DNA of 64,000 nt, from assembly GCA_021735655.1 (NCBI GenBank), contig JAIPGM010000006.1, forward strand, positions 32,001 to 96,000, given 5' to 3'. The translations under genes were made by a program, and so were the position numbers. The notes beneath the pieces are model-generated. The model ran no database searches and was not told the origin of the DNA. It saw nothing but the letters and a program-made list of their open reading frames with translations. Positions 1-9,178 of the stretch are shown here, piece after piece (the stretch's first letter is position 1; every line of letters starts with the position of its first letter). The stretch comes from Candidatus Omnitrophota bacterium (lineage in GTDB: Bacteria; Omnitrophota; Gorgyraeia; Duberdicusellales; 4484-171).

Positions 1-142
1 CACCCTCTAAGCTCAGGCCTTCTTTTAGTAATAAACCTTTCTGATGATCACGAACAACGCCGACTACATCATGGCCATCTTTAGCAAGATAACCTAAAAA
101 TAATCCGCCAATTGCTCCGCAACCTAATACTGCTATTTTCAT
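1..142 (-). CDS. 2-dehydropantoate 2-reductase (PanE/ApbA family), N-terminal fragment; gene continues beyond window
   Basis: Reverse translation from 142 gives MKIAVLGCGAIGGLFLGYLAKDGHDVVGVV..., a Rossmann GxGxxG N-terminus typical of ketopantoate reductase. Confidence 0.5.
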   Translation of the reverse strand, partial: MKIAVLGCGAIGGLFLGYLAKDGHDVVGVVRDHQKGLLLKEGLSLEG

Positions 143-151
143 AAATTTATT

Positions 152-412
152 CTACTCTTTTATATATTTCGAATATTCAATGCCCTGCTGGCTAAAAAGT
201 CTTTTCATCATATCTTTAAAGGCCGGGGGCACTTCTTTAAAAAAAGCGATAACCACATCTTGGTCTTCTACGGCCTCAGAGTTTCTTTTGGTAGCTAGTT
301 CTTCAGCGCTTTCTTTAACTAGTTGCTCAGCTATTGAGCGATGAAATTGGGGAAGATTTTCAATTACCTTATCAAAATGTTCTTTTGCTTTATCGGACCA
401 CTTAATATCCAT
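152..412 (-). CDS. hypothetical protein (86 aa)
   Basis: Intact ORF in the same direction as its neighbours; no motif recognised. Confidence 0.35.
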   Translation of the reverse strand: MDIKWSDKAKEHFDKVIENLPQFHRSIAEQLVKESAEELATKRNSEAVEDQDVVIAFFKEVPPAFKDMMKRLFSQQGIEYSKYIKE

Positions 413-421
413 ATAATCCTC

Positions 422-1156
422 CTACAGTTTATCAATTGCCTCAAAGGCTAAATCAGTCATCTTCATTTCAGCCCCGAAAAAACGATAATCACTAAATCCC
501 ATCTGGCCGGTTATGAGATTGTCCGACACTACACAAATTGCCGCAGCCCGTTTATTATTAAGGTTAGCAACCGTTACAAAGGGTGAAGTTACCATGTCTA
601 CGGCAATCGCTCCTTTCTCAATATAGGGGTTAACAATTTCTTTGGTCTCACGAAAGATAGCGTCGGTAGTCCAAATCCCTCCTCGGTGAACAGATCCGGC
701 CCCGGAAAAAGAATTCTCTAAAATGTCGGTTACCTCATTGTCTACCTTAGGTTTATAATCGTCATCAACATAATAACGAGTTGTTCCATCTCCACGCAAA
801 ACATCGGTCACTAAAACATAATCCCCGATATTAATGTCCTGACGTAGAGCCCCACAAGAACCCAATCTAATAAATGTCTTAACCCCTCCGGCACAAAGTA
901 TCTCAGTAGCTAGGGCTGAGTCAGGAGCGTAAAATCCTCCATTACCGACAGTAATTTTTCTCCCCTTATAAAGCCCGGTCCAAAAGGTATAAGCTAAAAA
1001 AGTAAAGTTCTTGACTGGATTTTCTAATTTCTTTAGACACATTTGAGCCCGATGTTGTTGACCGCTTACTAAAACAATATCACCAAAATCACCCGGCTTA
1101 AACTGCAAAGAAGCTAAAAGCCCCTTAGGATCCATATGAACATCTCTCTGCATCAT
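422..1156 (-). CDS. nucleoside phosphorylase, PNP/UDP phosphorylase family 1
   Basis: 244 aa; phosphorylase-family-1 fold signature (GSCGAL...VDMVTSP..., Gly-rich loops). Confidence 0.65.
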   Translation of the reverse strand: MMQRDVHMDPKGLLASLQFKPGDFGDIVLVSGQQHRAQMCLKKLENPVKNFTFLAYTFWTGLYKGRKITVGNGGFYAPDSALATEILCAGGVKTFIRLGSCGALRQDINIGDYVLVTDVLRGDGTTRYYVDDDYKPKVDNEVTDILENSFSGAGSVHRGGIWTTDAIFRETKEIVNPYIEKGAIAVDMVTSPFVTVANLNNKRAAAICVVSDNLITGQMGFSDYRFFGAEMKMTDLAFEAIDKL

Positions 1157-1158
1157 AG

Positions 1159-2631
1159 CTATACTCCTCGATTAATTAGTTTTGTTTTATCTATCTTTCC
1201 GGTTCTATTTTTAGGTAACTCTTTTACAAATTCAAAATAATGCGGCATTTTAAAATGAGCTAAGCTCTGTTTTAAAAAATCTTTTAACTCTGAATCATCT
1301 AAATTTTCCCCGTCTTTAGCAACAATGAAAGCTTTTGGAACTTCTCCACGTAGTTTATCACCCACACCAATAACAGCCGCCTCTTTTACTTTGGGACATT
1401 GGCTTATTTTTTCTTCGACTTCAGCCGGAAAAACAATCTCACCAGCTACCTTAATCATATCTTTTTTTCGCCCAACAATATAATAAAGGCCTTGGCTGTC
1501 AAACGATGCAATATCTCCAGTTCTAAACCAGCCATCTTCGGTTAGGGCTTCTTTAGTTAAATCTGGCTCTCTAAAATACCCCTTAGTCACAGCTTTACCT
1601 TTAACCATTAGTTCCCCTTTCTTATCAAGCCCGAGAGACTTACCTTCAGGATCAACAATCTTTACTTCTAAGTCAGAGGTAAAATTACCAATGCTTCTTA
1701 TCTTATCATCGCCGGGCGGTGAAATAGTATTGGGAGCGGCGGTTTCGGTCATCCCCCAACCATTGGCTAATTGAGCATTAGGATAAGCCCTATGAAAACG
1801 CTTGAGTAGGGCTGGTGAAGATGGCGCACCGAAAACAACTGCATAACGCAGAGAAGAAAAATCAAAACCCTGGTATTCTTTCAAAGATAAAATAGCCATA
1901 AACATTGCCGGAACAATACAAAAAATAGTTACCTTATGTTCTTGAATATTCTTTAAAAACTCAAAAGGATGAAAGCGTGGCATCAAAACTAACTTACAAG
2001 AAAAATAAAGCATCAATAATATGTAATCTAAGCCACCGACATGAGAAAAAGGAACTCCGCCGCATAAAAATACATCACCGGAAGAAACGCTTAAAAACTG
2101 ATCAATAACCTTTGGTGGGTTACCGAGTTGTGAATAGTTAAGCATTACCCCTTTGGGATGACCAGTTGAACCAGAAGTATAAAATATTGCTGCTAGGTCG
2201 CTTTCAGAAATATCTAAAGATATCTCATCGGTCTTCTCAAAGCTTAATTCAGTAACTATTTCACCTAAGTCAGGACAACTGCTTTTAATTTTATCTAAAT
2301 CAACTCCCTTTCTAGGCTGGATAATTAATAGTTTAGCCTGACTATGATTAAGAAAGTTTATAACTTCCTCTTCAGTAAGCATATAGTCTAAAGGCACAAC
2401 GCAGGCTCCAAGACAAAATACTCCTAAAAAACTATAGATAGTTTCCGGAATATTAGGAAGGAAAAGGGCCACCTTATCATCTTTGCCAATACCCTTAATT
2501 TGCAAATAATTACTAACCCCCAAAGCCATAGCTTTAACCTCTGAGAAAGAAATACTCCTTCCTTCAAAGATAATAGCTGATTTATCCGAACAATTTTGGG
2601 CGTGCTTTTTAAGTAAATCCTGAATATGCAT
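1159..2631 (-). CDS. AMP-dependent synthetase/ligase (acyl-CoA synthetase)
   Basis: 490 aa; AMP-binding motif YTSGSTGHPKGV, GWGMTE, C-terminal ...GKIDK. Confidence 0.8.
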   Translation of the reverse strand: MHIQDLLKKHAQNCSDKSAIIFEGRSISFSEVKAMALGVSNYLQIKGIGKDDKVALFLPNIPETIYSFLGVFCLGACVVPLDYMLTEEEVINFLNHSQAKLLIIQPRKGVDLDKIKSSCPDLGEIVTELSFEKTDEISLDISESDLAAIFYTSGSTGHPKGVMLNYSQLGNPPKVIDQFLSVSSGDVFLCGGVPFSHVGGLDYILLMLYFSCKLVLMPRFHPFEFLKNIQEHKVTIFCIVPAMFMAILSLKEYQGFDFSSLRYAVVFGAPSSPALLKRFHRAYPNAQLANGWGMTETAAPNTISPPGDDKIRSIGNFTSDLEVKIVDPEGKSLGLDKKGELMVKGKAVTKGYFREPDLTKEALTEDGWFRTGDIASFDSQGLYYIVGRKKDMIKVAGEIVFPAEVEEKISQCPKVKEAAVIGVGDKLRGEVPKAFIVAKDGENLDDSELKDFLKQSLAHFKMPHYFEFVKELPKNRTGKIDKTKLINRGV

Positions 2632-2738
2632 TGAAATACCTAGTAAAATTAAATTAGTAAAATTTTACTATATTTCCTATTTCAGTCAAGCTTTTTTTAC
2701 CTTTCTATATATCTGATCTCGAAACGGTAAATTAAAGG

Positions 2739-3884
2739 TTATTTGCGTTTTAGTAGACTCAAAACCTCAAGATGCGGGGTATGGGGAAAAAAGTCAAAAG
2801 GCTCAATAAAATCAATGCTATATTGATCGCTGAGGCCTTTTAAATCAATGAAAAGAGCGGTTGGGTTACAAGAAGAATAAATAATTTCCTTAGGCTCTAG
2901 GCGCAAAATGGCCCGAATGATCTTTTTAGAAAGACCAGAACGAGGTGGGTTTACGACTAGAAGGTCTACATCCCTATAAAAAATACCTTGAGTATTCAAA
3001 AACTTACGAACATCGGAAGTAAAAAAAGAAATATTATCAATATGGTTTAATTTAGCATTTTGCCAAGCCAAATCGACTATCTCCTTAACTACCTCAACCC
3101 CCCAAACAAACTTTGCTTGATTGGCAAGATGAATACCGATAGATCCTAAACCGCAAAAAAGATCTAATACTCTCTTGTCTTTAGAAAGACCCCCATAACT
3201 AACAAGCTTCTTATAAAAGTCAGCAATCATTCGAGGGTTTACCTGGAAAAAAGTATCAATCCCAATTTTAAATCTGAAATCTCCCAATCTTTCCTCCAAG
3301 AACTCATCGCCAAACAATAGTTCTTTTTTATCAAAAATAACCGCATCACTTAAAGAATCATTAATAATCCAATAAATAGACTTTATTTTTGACTTTAATT
3401 TTAATTTATTTAGTTCATCAATAAAGCTTTGTGAATTTAATTCTTCGCTACTGGAAGTAACCAAACCGACCATTAGCTGATTGGTAAATTTAGTTTCCCG
3501 AACTATCAAATTTCTTAAAAAACCTTTATGAGAATATTTATCATAAACAGAATGCTTATTATCTTTTAAAAAATATTTAATCGCCTCTAGAATTAGTCTT
3601 AAATCGGATGAGAAAATTAAACACTCCTCCAAATCAACAACTCTTCTCTTTTTATCCTTGCTATACAAGCCGCAAACGACACCTCTCTCGTAACCAAAGC
3701 TAAACTCCATTTTGTTACGATAATACCACTGCTCTGAAGAATTGATTGGCTTTAACTGAGTAGATAGCTCTGAAAGTTCAAGTAAGCCTTTAACTCTAGC
3801 TTCTTTAGTTTCAAGCTGTTGTTGGTAAGGAATATCTTGAAAGCGACAACCGCCACATTCAGAAAAATGTTTACAAATTTTCAT
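2739..3884 (-). CDS. RNA (uracil-5)-methyltransferase, RlmD/TrmA family with N-terminal Fe-S Cys cluster
   Basis: N-terminal CKHFSECGGCRFQ; SAM motif DLFCGLGSIG; C-terminal SSCNP catalytic motif. Confidence 0.7.
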   Translation of the reverse strand: MKICKHFSECGGCRFQDIPYQQQLETKEARVKGLLELSELSTQLKPINSSEQWYYRNKMEFSFGYERGVVCGLYSKDKKRRVVDLEECLIFSSDLRLILEAIKYFLKDNKHSVYDKYSHKGFLRNLIVRETKFTNQLMVGLVTSSSEELNSQSFIDELNKLKLKSKIKSIYWIINDSLSDAVIFDKKELLFGDEFLEERLGDFRFKIGIDTFFQVNPRMIADFYKKLVSYGGLSKDKRVLDLFCGLGSIGIHLANQAKFVWGVEVVKEIVDLAWQNAKLNHIDNISFFTSDVRKFLNTQGIFYRDVDLLVVNPPRSGLSKKIIRAILRLEPKEIIYSSCNPTALFIDLKGLSDQYSIDFIEPFDFFPHTPHLEVLSLLKRK

Positions 3885-4375
3885 TTTATTATTAGACTTT
3901 TGAGTTTTTTTCTTTTAGTCAGTCGAGGATAAGAAACAGGAGCGCCTAAAGCTATAACCGCTTCTAGCTCAAGGTTAGGCCTTAACTTAAGATATTTATG
4001 AACCTTTTTCTTTTGATTAAGAATCTCACCTAGCCAGCAGGCGCCTAACTTTTTAGAATGAATACAAAGTAATATGTTTTGAATACAAGAACCAATGGCC
4101 ATTAGATCTTTCTCATAATTATAAGAGGTCTTCTTATCTAAAAATACTAAAATAAGTTTATCGGCTGATTTGATAATATGACCATAATGAGTAAAAACAG
4201 CCAAAGCATCCTTTTTCTCCTTATCTAGAACCATAAACCGCCAGGGCTGGTTATTGAGTCCCGAAGGCGCCCAGCGACCAGCCTCTAAAATTTTGTTAAC
4301 CGTCTGCCTAGAAACAGCCCTCTTTTTAAACTTTCGCACTGACCTTCTATCTTTTATTAACCTTAACGCTCTCAT
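3881..4375 (-). CDS. nitroreductase family protein
   Basis: RRSVRKF...SGLNNQPWRF motifs of PF00881. Confidence 0.7.
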   Translation of the reverse strand: MRALRLIKDRRSVRKFKKRAVSRQTVNKILEAGRWAPSGLNNQPWRFMVLDKEKKDALAVFTHYGHIIKSADKLILVFLDKKTSYNYEKDLMAIGSCIQNILLCIHSKKLGACWLGEILNQKKKVHKYLKLRPNLELEAVIALGAPVSYPRLTKRKKLKSLIIK

Positions 4376-5699
4376 AGCTAGCTACTCCATTATTCTTATC
4401 GCTAAACCCTCTTTTATCATAAAGATTATCGAGCGGGCTTTCAGGGATATTTACCATATCCCTTAATATATGCGTATAAATCATTGTAGTTTCTACATGC
4501 TTATGCCCTAACAGTTCCTGGACTTCTCGAATATTAACCCCATTCATTAAAAGATGTGTTGCGAAGCTATGCCTGAGAGTATGCACGCTGGCGCGTTTTA
4601 TAATTCCGGCTTTCTTTACCGCAATAGCTACAATCTTTTGAACTGTATTGGGACTTATATGATGTCTTCGGATTTTACCACTCCTAGGATCAATTGAAAG
4701 TCGAGAAGATGGAAAAGCATACTGCCACCCCCACTCCTTAGCAGCTTTAGAATATTTGTGCTCTAAAGCATTCGGTAGATATACCTCTCCATAACCGGCA
4801 GCTTTATCTTCTTCGAAAATATTCTTAACTTGCTCTAAATGTTTTCTGAGAGAACTACCTAACGCCTGTGGCAGCATAGTGCTACGGTCTTTATCCCCTT
4901 TTGCTCCGCGTAAAAATAAAATATTGCTCTCAAAATCAATATCCTGCACTCGCAAGCGCACGAGCTCCATAAGCCGCAACCCTGAACCATAAAGCAATTG
5001 CACAATTAATAAATCTTTATTCCTTAGTTGTTCAAATAACCCTTGTATTTCCTTAACTGACAAAACTGTTGGTAATTTAGGGCCCCGCTTTGCGCGAACG
5101 GTTTCAGCTAAATTATTTACTTCTATTTTTAGAACATCTCGAAATAAAAATAAAAGTGCATTAAAGGCTTGGTTCTGGGTCGAAGATGAAACTCGACCCT
5201 CTATAGCTAGATATGTCAAATAATCTTTAACATCTTCTGGGGTTAGCTTCTGAGGATATATCTGCTTTCGCTTTCCTTTATTTAAATAATCAAAAAATCT
5301 CTTTGCCCATGTAACGTATGTCCTTTCTGTGCTATAAGAAAAATGCTTCACTCGAATGGCATTCGTCATTTTCTTTAACAAATCATCAAAATTAACATCT
5401 TCATCTTTAAATCTAGATACTTCGACAGATTTAATCTTATAAATTTGAGGTGGAGCAAAATTGTCTACATATATACTTATCGCTTCTTTGGCCTGCTGAA
5501 ATTGCCACTCTTCAATTTTTATAATCTTTAGCTTTTCAAAAAACTTTTCTTTCTGTTCCTCAAGTGATGATTTTGGACGAATACAACAGAATTTAAGAAA
5601 TCTATCTACCCAATAGGCATAAAAAGGGGCTGTTTTTTCTGTAGCTAATTTCTTTGAAATTAAAAATCTTTGAAATTGAGATAACACACCTATTTTCAT
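4347..5699 (-). CDS. intI: integron integrase IntI (tyrosine recombinase); ORF has an N-terminal extension, alternative start near 5369
   Basis: C-terminal catalytic region HTLRHSFATHLL...LLGH...TTMIYTH. Also the IntI-specific additional domain ALEHKYSKAAKEWGWQYAFPS...DPRSGKIRRHH (compare IntI1 ALERKYPRAG..W.W..VF....DPRSG.VRRHH). Transcribed divergently from the cassette array. Confidence 0.9.
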   Translation of the reverse strand: MKIGVLSQFQRFLISKKLATEKTAPFYAYWVDRFLKFCCIRPKSSLEEQKEKFFEKLKIIKIEEWQFQQAKEAISIYVDNFAPPQIYKIKSVEVSRFKDEDVNFDDLLKKMTNAIRVKHFSYSTERTYVTWAKRFFDYLNKGKRKQIYPQKLTPEDVKDYLTYLAIEGRVSSSTQNQAFNALLFLFRDVLKIEVNNLAETVRAKRGPKLPTVLSVKEIQGLFEQLRNKDLLIVQLLYGSGLRLMELVRLRVQDIDFESNILFLRGAKGDKDRSTMLPQALGSSLRKHLEQVKNIFEEDKAAGYGEVYLPNALEHKYSKAAKEWGWQYAFPSSRLSIDPRSGKIRRHHISPNTVQKIVAIAVKKAGIIKRASVHTLRHSFATHLLMNGVNIREVQELLGHKHVETTMIYTHILRDMVNIPESPLDNLYDKRGFSDKNNGVASYESVKVNKR

Positions 5700-5878
5700 G
5701 ACTTTTCTTTCTTTGCCATAAATCCAATGATATACATAATATACATTTCCTGATATTATAGATAAATTACATAATTAAAGCAACATTTTTCTTCCAAAAT
5801 CATTAAAAACATGCTAAAATTTTACTATATATATCAATAAAATATAAAAACATATATTATGCATATTAATTGTTAGAT
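5700..5878 (+). promoter_or_regulatory. attI recombination site plus putative cassette promoter Pc (TTGCCA 5713..5718, 17-bp spacer, ATAATA 5736..5741)
   Basis: AT-rich 200-bp intI-proximal spacer ending in GTTAGAT (5872..5878), identical to the core site closing attC5. The promoter hexamers were read by eye in an AT-rich background, so the promoter call is weak. Confidence 0.45.
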
Positions 5879-5905
5879 GTAAAATAAAATGATAAAAGGA
5901 GAAAA

Positions 5906-7189
5906 ATGAAGCAAATTTTGCGCTATTTTTTGGTTTTCTTTTCCCTAATTATATTTTTAAATTTATCTCCTTTTGCTTTTGGACAACAGGACCAATCCTC
6001 CGGTGATTTTATTGATGGGAATTTTGAAGAAATAGGTCGTCTCAAGAAAGATTCTCAGAAACTTGATACCAGTAAAACCGGCGATCTGTTTATGGATACA
6101 TGGATGGGGATATTAACTAGCCCAAAAGAATTTTTTTCTTGGAATACAAAAGGCGATGTCAAACTGGTCTATGATGGGAGTAACACACTGGTTGAATTGA
6201 CACAGAGTAAAGAAGGGCCTGCGTCTATAAGCCAATTCTTTGGTTTTAAAAATAAAGATGCGTCAATTGAGTTTGATGTTAAAATTATAAAGAAAACTAC
6301 CTCAGATGAATTAGAAGTGACAGTAGCAGATGTGGGTGGGCCTGCCTGGGGTAAACCCCCTGCAATAGAGATTCCGCTGGAGACATTTCGGCTCTCAACC
6401 ATTTATCCGACTAAACATATCTCCATTGACCTTTCAAATAGTAAATATTTTTTAGATAAACAAGCTAAAGATGAAGCTAATGATATGGACTTAGTTGATG
6501 CATCTATTTTTGGTACGATAACTTTTCGCTTGAAGGGAAATGCTGAAGAACCAACAACAATACGATTGGATAACCTTAAGGTTACTTATTATAAAAAAGA
6601 AGGCGAAGTGAAACGTTATTATAAAGATAATCAGCCGAAGATAGATAAATTCTATAAAGATGGTAAGCAGGAAGGTCTGGAGAAGCGTTATTATCGCAAT
6701 GGACAGTTACAGTCGGAGCACCCATATAGGAATGGTAAACTAGACGGGATACAAAAGTATTATGCTATAGATGGAAAAGTCTGGGAAGAAACGCCTTACA
6801 GAGACGGCAAGCGAGAGGGAACACAAAGACGTTACAGAAATGGGGTGCTGACGGAAGAAAGATTATATAAAAATGATAAGATGGTAGAAATTAAAATTTA
6901 TTATAAAACTGGTGAAATAAAATCAGAAGCAACGATTAGGAATGATAAGACAGAAGGGTCATCTAAAGAGTATTATAAAAATGGACAAGTAATGGAAGAA
7001 CGTATCTATAGCGATAGCCAGAGAGTAGGCGTAACAAAGCATTACTATGCTAACGGACAGCTAAAAGCAGAGATACCTTACAAGAAGGATAGAAAAGATG
7101 GCATTGCGAGGATTTATAATGAAGAAGGCAACTTAGTAAAAGAAGAAGTTTGGGAAAAAGATAAACTCATAAGTACTAGAGAGAAATAA
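5906..7189 (+). CDS. cassette 1: secreted protein with N-terminal domain and about 9 tandem YwqK/MORN-variant repeats
   Basis: Signal peptide; repeats YYKDNQ.., YYRNGQLQSEHPYRNGKLDG, KYYAIDGKV.EETPYRDGKREG etc.; strong RBS AAAAGGAG. Confidence 0.8.
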   Translation: MKQILRYFLVFFSLIIFLNLSPFAFGQQDQSSGDFIDGNFEEIGRLKKDSQKLDTSKTGDLFMDTWMGILTSPKEFFSWNTKGDVKLVYDGSNTLVELTQSKEGPASISQFFGFKNKDASIEFDVKIIKKTTSDELEVTVADVGGPAWGKPPAIEIPLETFRLSTIYPTKHISIDLSNSKYFLDKQAKDEANDMDLVDASIFGTITFRLKGNAEEPTTIRLDNLKVTYYKKEGEVKRYYKDNQPKIDKFYKDGKQEGLEKRYYRNGQLQSEHPYRNGKLDGIQKYYAIDGKVWEETPYRDGKREGTQRRYRNGVLTEERLYKNDKMVEIKIYYKTGEIKSEATIRNDKTEGSSKEYYKNGQVMEERIYSDSQRVGVTKHYYANGQLKAEIPYKKDRKDGIARIYNEEGNLVKEEVWEKDKLISTREK

Positions 7190-7206
7190 ATATTAAATTA
7201 CCCATC

Positions 7207-7278
7207 TAACAAATCAATCCAGCCGACCCTCCCCGCGCGCTGGCGCGCTTGGTCGGGCGGCTGATTTTTGTGTTATCT
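7207..7278 (+). repeat. attC site 1
   Basis: CTAACAAATCAATCCAGCCGACC ... GGTCGGGCGGCTGATTTTTGTGTTATCT; imperfect palindrome, ends in core GTTATCT. Confidence 0.8.
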
Positions 7279-7284
7279 TAAAAA

Positions 7285-8109
7285 ATGAATCAAATACAAA
7301 TGATAATAAACATAGGAATAGGTGTAATATCTGGCTTAATAACCTTCATTGTATGTGAATACATTCTTAAACCATATCTAAACCAAAAAATAAATCCTAA
7401 AAAAGTTACTAATTTTTTTAGAAGTGGACCATTTTTGTTTGTCTTGGCTGTCCTGATTGCTTTTATCTTAAGTGCCTCCAACCAACAACTGAGAATGACA
7501 TTATTTGGCCATGGCTTAGGCTCTTCTACTGTCGTTAGGGAATTAGAAAATTTATATATGTCAATTCCCGAAATGAAGGATGAAATAATTAAATCATCTG
7601 AGGGAAAGTTAAAGGAAAAAGATTTAATTAACTTGTGTCTGCAAGAAAAATTATATTATTTGAAATTAAAGCAAACCGGGAAATATTCCTACAAACAAAA
7701 TAACGCAAAGGAAGCTATTAATTTTTCAGGCAATCATAAAGTATTGTATCCGAATAGTCAGATTTACTCTGAAACAACATATACAAATGGCGAACGTTTA
7801 GATGCAAATTTTAAAGCTTATTATTACAATGGGGTCATTAGAGCAGAAATTATAACCGACAAATCTCAAATGAACGACACCACGAAAATTGTAAAATATT
7901 ATTACAACAACGGCAAAATATGGTGCGAATATAGATATCACGACAACAAACACATGACTGGTATTATTTATGACAAGGAAGGTAATATACTAGGTAAAGG
8001 AAAAGGTCTTTTTCTAGCAATTCTTATACCTGGTTATTTTGAAAAAATCGAAAGACAAGTTTACGACGTGCGCTACAATCCAAATACATTTTATGATTAT
8101 GGATTATGA
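7285..8109 (+). CDS. cassette 2: membrane-anchored protein with YwqK/MORN-variant-like repeats
   Basis: N-terminal TM segments; C-terminal YYYNGVIRAE, KYYYNNGKIWCEYRYHDNKHMTG repeats. Confidence 0.7.
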   Translation: MNQIQMIINIGIGVISGLITFIVCEYILKPYLNQKINPKKVTNFFRSGPFLFVLAVLIAFILSASNQQLRMTLFGHGLGSSTVVRELENLYMSIPEMKDEIIKSSEGKLKEKDLINLCLQEKLYYLKLKQTGKYSYKQNNAKEAINFSGNHKVLYPNSQIYSETTYTNGERLDANFKAYYYNGVIRAEIITDKSQMNDTTKIVKYYYNNGKIWCEYRYHDNKHMTGIIYDKEGNILGKGKGLFLAILIPGYFEKIERQVYDVRYNPNTFYDYGL

Positions 8110-8125
8110 GAAAATTAATAAAAGA

Positions 8126-8195
8126 TAACAAAGCAATCCAGCGGACCAATTCCGCCGCTTCGCGGCTCCATTGGCCGCTGATTTCTATGTTAGAC
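8126..8195 (+). repeat. attC site 2
   Basis: ATAACAAAGCAATCCAGCGGACC ... GGCCGCTGATTTCTATGTTAGAC. Confidence 0.8.
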
Positions 8196-8222
8196 ATAAA
8201 AAAATAGAAAATAAGGAGAAAA

Positions 8223-9077
8223 ATGAAAATAAAAGCAAAGGAGCCGTGGTTGGCAGTTTTCTTGAATCGCTTGTTGCCCGGATTAGGGTATCTTTACACG
8301 AAGAATTTAGTTAGAGCAATTATTGTATTTTTAGTCACCATATCATTAACGTTTATTGCAGTTTCGACATTGATCGCTTTTGCCAAAAACGATACGACTG
8401 TTACATCCAAAGTATTATGGGGAGTCATTATTTTTGTTGCAGTCAATTTTATATTTAATTTCGCTATCTTGATAGATGGGTATTTGTGTGCAAGGAAACA
8501 TAATCTTTCTAATGACGTAAAGCCTTCGCGCATGGGGCTTCGTATTTTTGCTATCATTGGAACTATAGTTTTATTGTTAACTGGAGGTATCTCTATTTTT
8601 CCGGTTATCTACATAAGAACTCATTTGATACAGTTTTTTAAAATGCCTACCACATCAATGGCTCCAGCGCTAAAACTTAATGATAAAATCATGGTAGATA
8701 AAAAAGCATACAATAGCAATAAGCCACAAAGAATGGAGATAGTTGTATTTCTTCCTCCTCACGATAATAGAAAGTATTACCTGAAGAGAATTATTGGTTT
8801 ACCAGGAGAAGAAGTGGAAATCAAGGACGGCAAGGTTTATATAAACAACGAGGTCATAACTAATCTATTCGTGACAAATAACTATTATTATAATCAGGGT
8901 GATTACGCCAAAAAAGGTAAAAAGATAATCGTGCCCCCAAATAATTATTATGTTTTAGGCGACAATAGCGTTTCAAGTTTGGACAGTAGATTCTTTGGAT
9001 TTGTTCCCGAAAAAAATATAACAGGAAAAGTAGTTAAAATATATTGGCCTCCTGAAAGATCAGGAAGAGTTAAATAA
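8223..9077 (+). CDS. cassette 3: signal peptidase I (S26) with about 130-aa N-terminal polytopic membrane extension
   Basis: Catalytic Ser box PTTSMAPAL, Lys box YYLKRIIGLPGEEVEIKDGKVYINNE, box E VLGDNSVSSLDSRFFGFV; RBS AAGGAG. Confidence 0.8.
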   Translation: MKIKAKEPWLAVFLNRLLPGLGYLYTKNLVRAIIVFLVTISLTFIAVSTLIAFAKNDTTVTSKVLWGVIIFVAVNFIFNFAILIDGYLCARKHNLSNDVKPSRMGLRIFAIIGTIVLLLTGGISIFPVIYIRTHLIQFFKMPTTSMAPALKLNDKIMVDKKAYNSNKPQRMEIVVFLPPHDNRKYYLKRIIGLPGEEVEIKDGKVYINNEVITNLFVTNNYYYNQGDYAKKGKKIIVPPNNYYVLGDNSVSSLDSRFFGFVPEKNITGKVVKIYWPPERSGRVK

Positions 9078-9087
9078 TAAAAATGTC

Positions 9088-9168
9088 TAACAAGTCGATC
9101 CAGCGGACTTAAAAGCGCCGCCAATTAAAGCGCAAAGCGCTTTTAAGCCGCTGATCTTGATGTTATGA
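9088..9168 (+). repeat. attC site 3
   Basis: TCTAACAAGTCGATCCAGCGGAC ... AAGCCGCTGATCTTGATGTTATGA. Confidence 0.8.
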
Positions 9169-9178
9169 GAAAAATAAA

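Noticed and set aside
6169-6402. Short antisense or embedded ORFs from the six-frame track (6169..6402, 4254..4466, 7290..7481, 8294..8557, 15712..15924, 17529..17729, 19350..19589, 29223..29662, 58041..58370 and others)
   Set aside because: These are entirely contained within longer, well-supported genes on the opposite strand, with low-complexity translations and no start context. They are treated as spurious.
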